From: Leidyana gryllorum EB-2025a | Lineage: Eukaryota; Protista; Apicomplexa | NCBI GenBank assembly: GCA_048772705.1 | Contig: JBLWGC010000124.1 | Span: forward strand, 1 to 7,324 | Direction of reading: 5' to 3' | Length of the DNA stretch: 7,324 bases | Part shown: piece by piece, positions 6,314 to 7,324 of the stretch | Numbering within the stretch: the stretch's first letter is position 1 | Layout: every line of letters begins with the position of its first letter | Notes under the pieces: generated by a model | Told to the model about the DNA's origin: nothing | The model's input: the letters and a program-made list of their open reading frames with translations, nothing else | The model's database searches: none | Made by a program: the position numbers and the translations under genes

Positions 6314-6385
6314 GTCCGAGTCGTCTAGTGGTTAGGACAGCACGTTGTGGCCGTGCAAACCCAGGCTCGATTCCTGGCTCGGACA
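6314..6385 (+). tRNA. tRNA-His(GTG)
   Basis: 72 nt; GTCCGAG/CTCGGAC, A73; GCACG-TT-GTG-GC-CGTGC; C at position 54; no encoded G-1. Confidence 0.9.
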
Positions 6386-6460
6386 AGCAGTCTAAAGTGC
6401 ATTGCTCTTCGCCCCGGTTGAAAATATTGTTGCAGCCATGGTCAAGCCTGTACGATCGGC

Positions 6461-6531
6461 TGCACCTGCCGGGACTCGAACCCGGGCTGCTCGCATGGGA
6501 AGCTCGCATCCTACCCTTGGACCACAAGTGC
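6461..6531 (-). tRNA. tRNA-Gly(CCC) with a defective anticodon stem
   Basis: 71 nt; GCACTTG/CAGGTGC, A73; CGAGC-TT-CCC-AT-GCGAG has two purine mismatches. Confidence 0.75.
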
Positions 6532-6596
6532 ACTCGAGAAAGAGCTCCAGCACCCCGAGACTCGGCCGCAGTCTGCGTTGAGCTAGTGGGTGCCTC

Positions 6597-6668
6597 AAGT
6601 ACTGGCAGGTTCCAGTCTGCGACTTTGTGGCTAAGAGACTTACCCTCTGGTGGCTGAACTACGAGGCT
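6597..6668 (-). pseudogene. tRNA-Asn-derived pseudogene
   Basis: Sister of 2132-2204 with shared lesions (GTAAGTCTCTTAGCCAC on the minus strand). Confidence 0.8.
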
Positions 6669-6729
6669 CGGCTAAGATGATTGGAGCTTGAGAGACTTAA
6701 GCTTTGCAGGTGCCCAGTCGATGTAGTCA

Positions 6730-6801
6730 AGCCTTCTGCCGGAATCGAACCGGCGACTTCTCGATTACGAAGCGAACGCTCTGCCCCTAAACTAAGAAGG
6801 C
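6730..6801 (-). tRNA. tRNA-Thr(CGT)
   Basis: 72 nt; TTCGC-TT-CGT-AA-TCGAG with a C31:T39 mismatch; acceptor and T stems intact. Confidence 0.82.
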
Positions 6802-6877
6802 AATGGAAGCCGGAGATGACGAAACAATCGCTATTGACGGAGATTAGTGGAGCACTTTGCTAGAGTAGTTCAATGAC

Positions 6878-6950
6878 TTCCACTGCCGGGACTTGAACCC
6901 GGATCGTGGGGGTGAAAGCCGCATATCCTAGCCACTTAGACTACAGTGGA
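6878..6950 (-). tRNA. tRNA-Glu(TTC)
   Basis: 73 nt; two differences from Glu 5498-5570: wobble base and a C:C anticodon-stem mismatch. Confidence 0.85.
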
Positions 6951-7121
6951 CGAGTGGTTGAGTTGGGGCTTCGGCCGAGAGCCGTACAGTCTTGGAAAAC
7001 ATGGTATGTCGGCGTGATCAAGTGAGGTGGATCTCTGATACAGATTCGGACTTAGTAACCAATTCCATTTGTATTGATCGTGGAATCTTGGGCCTTCCTC
7101 GGGTACGGGGCGAGCTTTCTT

Positions 7122-7186
7122 GCCGCCCCAACTCCTTTCCTTTGCGCGCAAGACTTTTGAAGGGAGATCCGCGGGTTTGGGCGGCG
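7122..7186 (+). pseudogene. tRNA remnant, Lys-like
   Basis: GCCGCCC...GCGCAAGACTTTTGAAGGGAGA...GGCGGCG; closely similar to 1-47. Confidence 0.5.
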
Positions 7187-7256
7187 CGAGCAGTCCTAGT
7201 AAAGCTCGCTGAACCGTATGTGAAGCCACTGGCCGCAAAATGCCAAGTTCGACAGC

Positions 7257-7324
7257 GGCAACTTGCCCGAGTGATTAAGGGTTAGACTTGAAATCTATTG
7301 GGTCTGGCCCGCGGTGGTTCGAAT
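7257..7324 (+). tRNA. tRNA-Ser(TGA), cut by the window end, possibly decaying
   Basis: Same body and upstream flank as the other Ser(NGA) genes; TAGA-CT-TGA-AA-TCTA; D-loop GG>GA and a 1-nt deletion. Confidence 0.75.

Noticed and set aside
6432-6443. GCAGCCATGGTC, identical to the first 12 nt of Val(AAC)
   Set aside because: Plausible stub, but too short to call without flank homology
57-7285. All ORFs in the supplied six-frame track (60-168 aa)
   Set aside because: Each overlaps tRNA genes or remnants, and the recurring peptides (GSIPG, GFEP, GIEP) are translations of T arms. No recognisable protein motif.
1-7324. Bacterial, phage or organellar tRNA array; CRISPR array; fixed-period tandem repeat
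   Set aside because: A34 anticodons, eukaryotic initiator features and the Tyr intron argue against a prokaryotic origin. There is no constant repeat-spacer periodicity, and gene order differs between recurrences of the Ser cassette.
1-7324. Suppressor or selenocysteine tRNAs; 5S, U6 or 7SL genes between tRNAs
   Set aside because: No cloverleaf with a TCA, CTA or TTA anticodon, and no recognisable snRNA or 5S motifs by eye. An Rfam scan would be needed to exclude divergent ncRNAs in 2800-3000 and 4220-4335.

Overview
This window has no credible protein-coding gene. It is a very dense, bidirectional array of eukaryotic nuclear-type tRNA genes, about one tRNA-like element per 140 bp. I count 32 full-length or near-intact cloverleaves covering 17 amino acids (no intact Arg, Lys, Phe or elongator Met), plus about 20 decayed tRNA remnants. 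Eukaryotic hallmarks are no encoded CCA, A34 anticodons (AGA, AAC, AGT, AGC, AAT, AGG, AAG), an A1:U72/GATC-type initiator Met and an intron-containing Tyr. From memory, some gene bodies resemble alveolate tRNAs; this is unverified. The array is not a simple tandem repeat. It is a shuffled mosaic of 2-3-gene cassettes duplicated in direct and inverted orientation with their spacers. Paralogous cassettes show synonymous wobble-base anticodon switches and reciprocal pseudogenisation. The Tyr intron is only 7 nt, and most genes lack a nearby Pol III oligo-T terminator. All structures were folded by eye; pseudogene boundaries are approximate.
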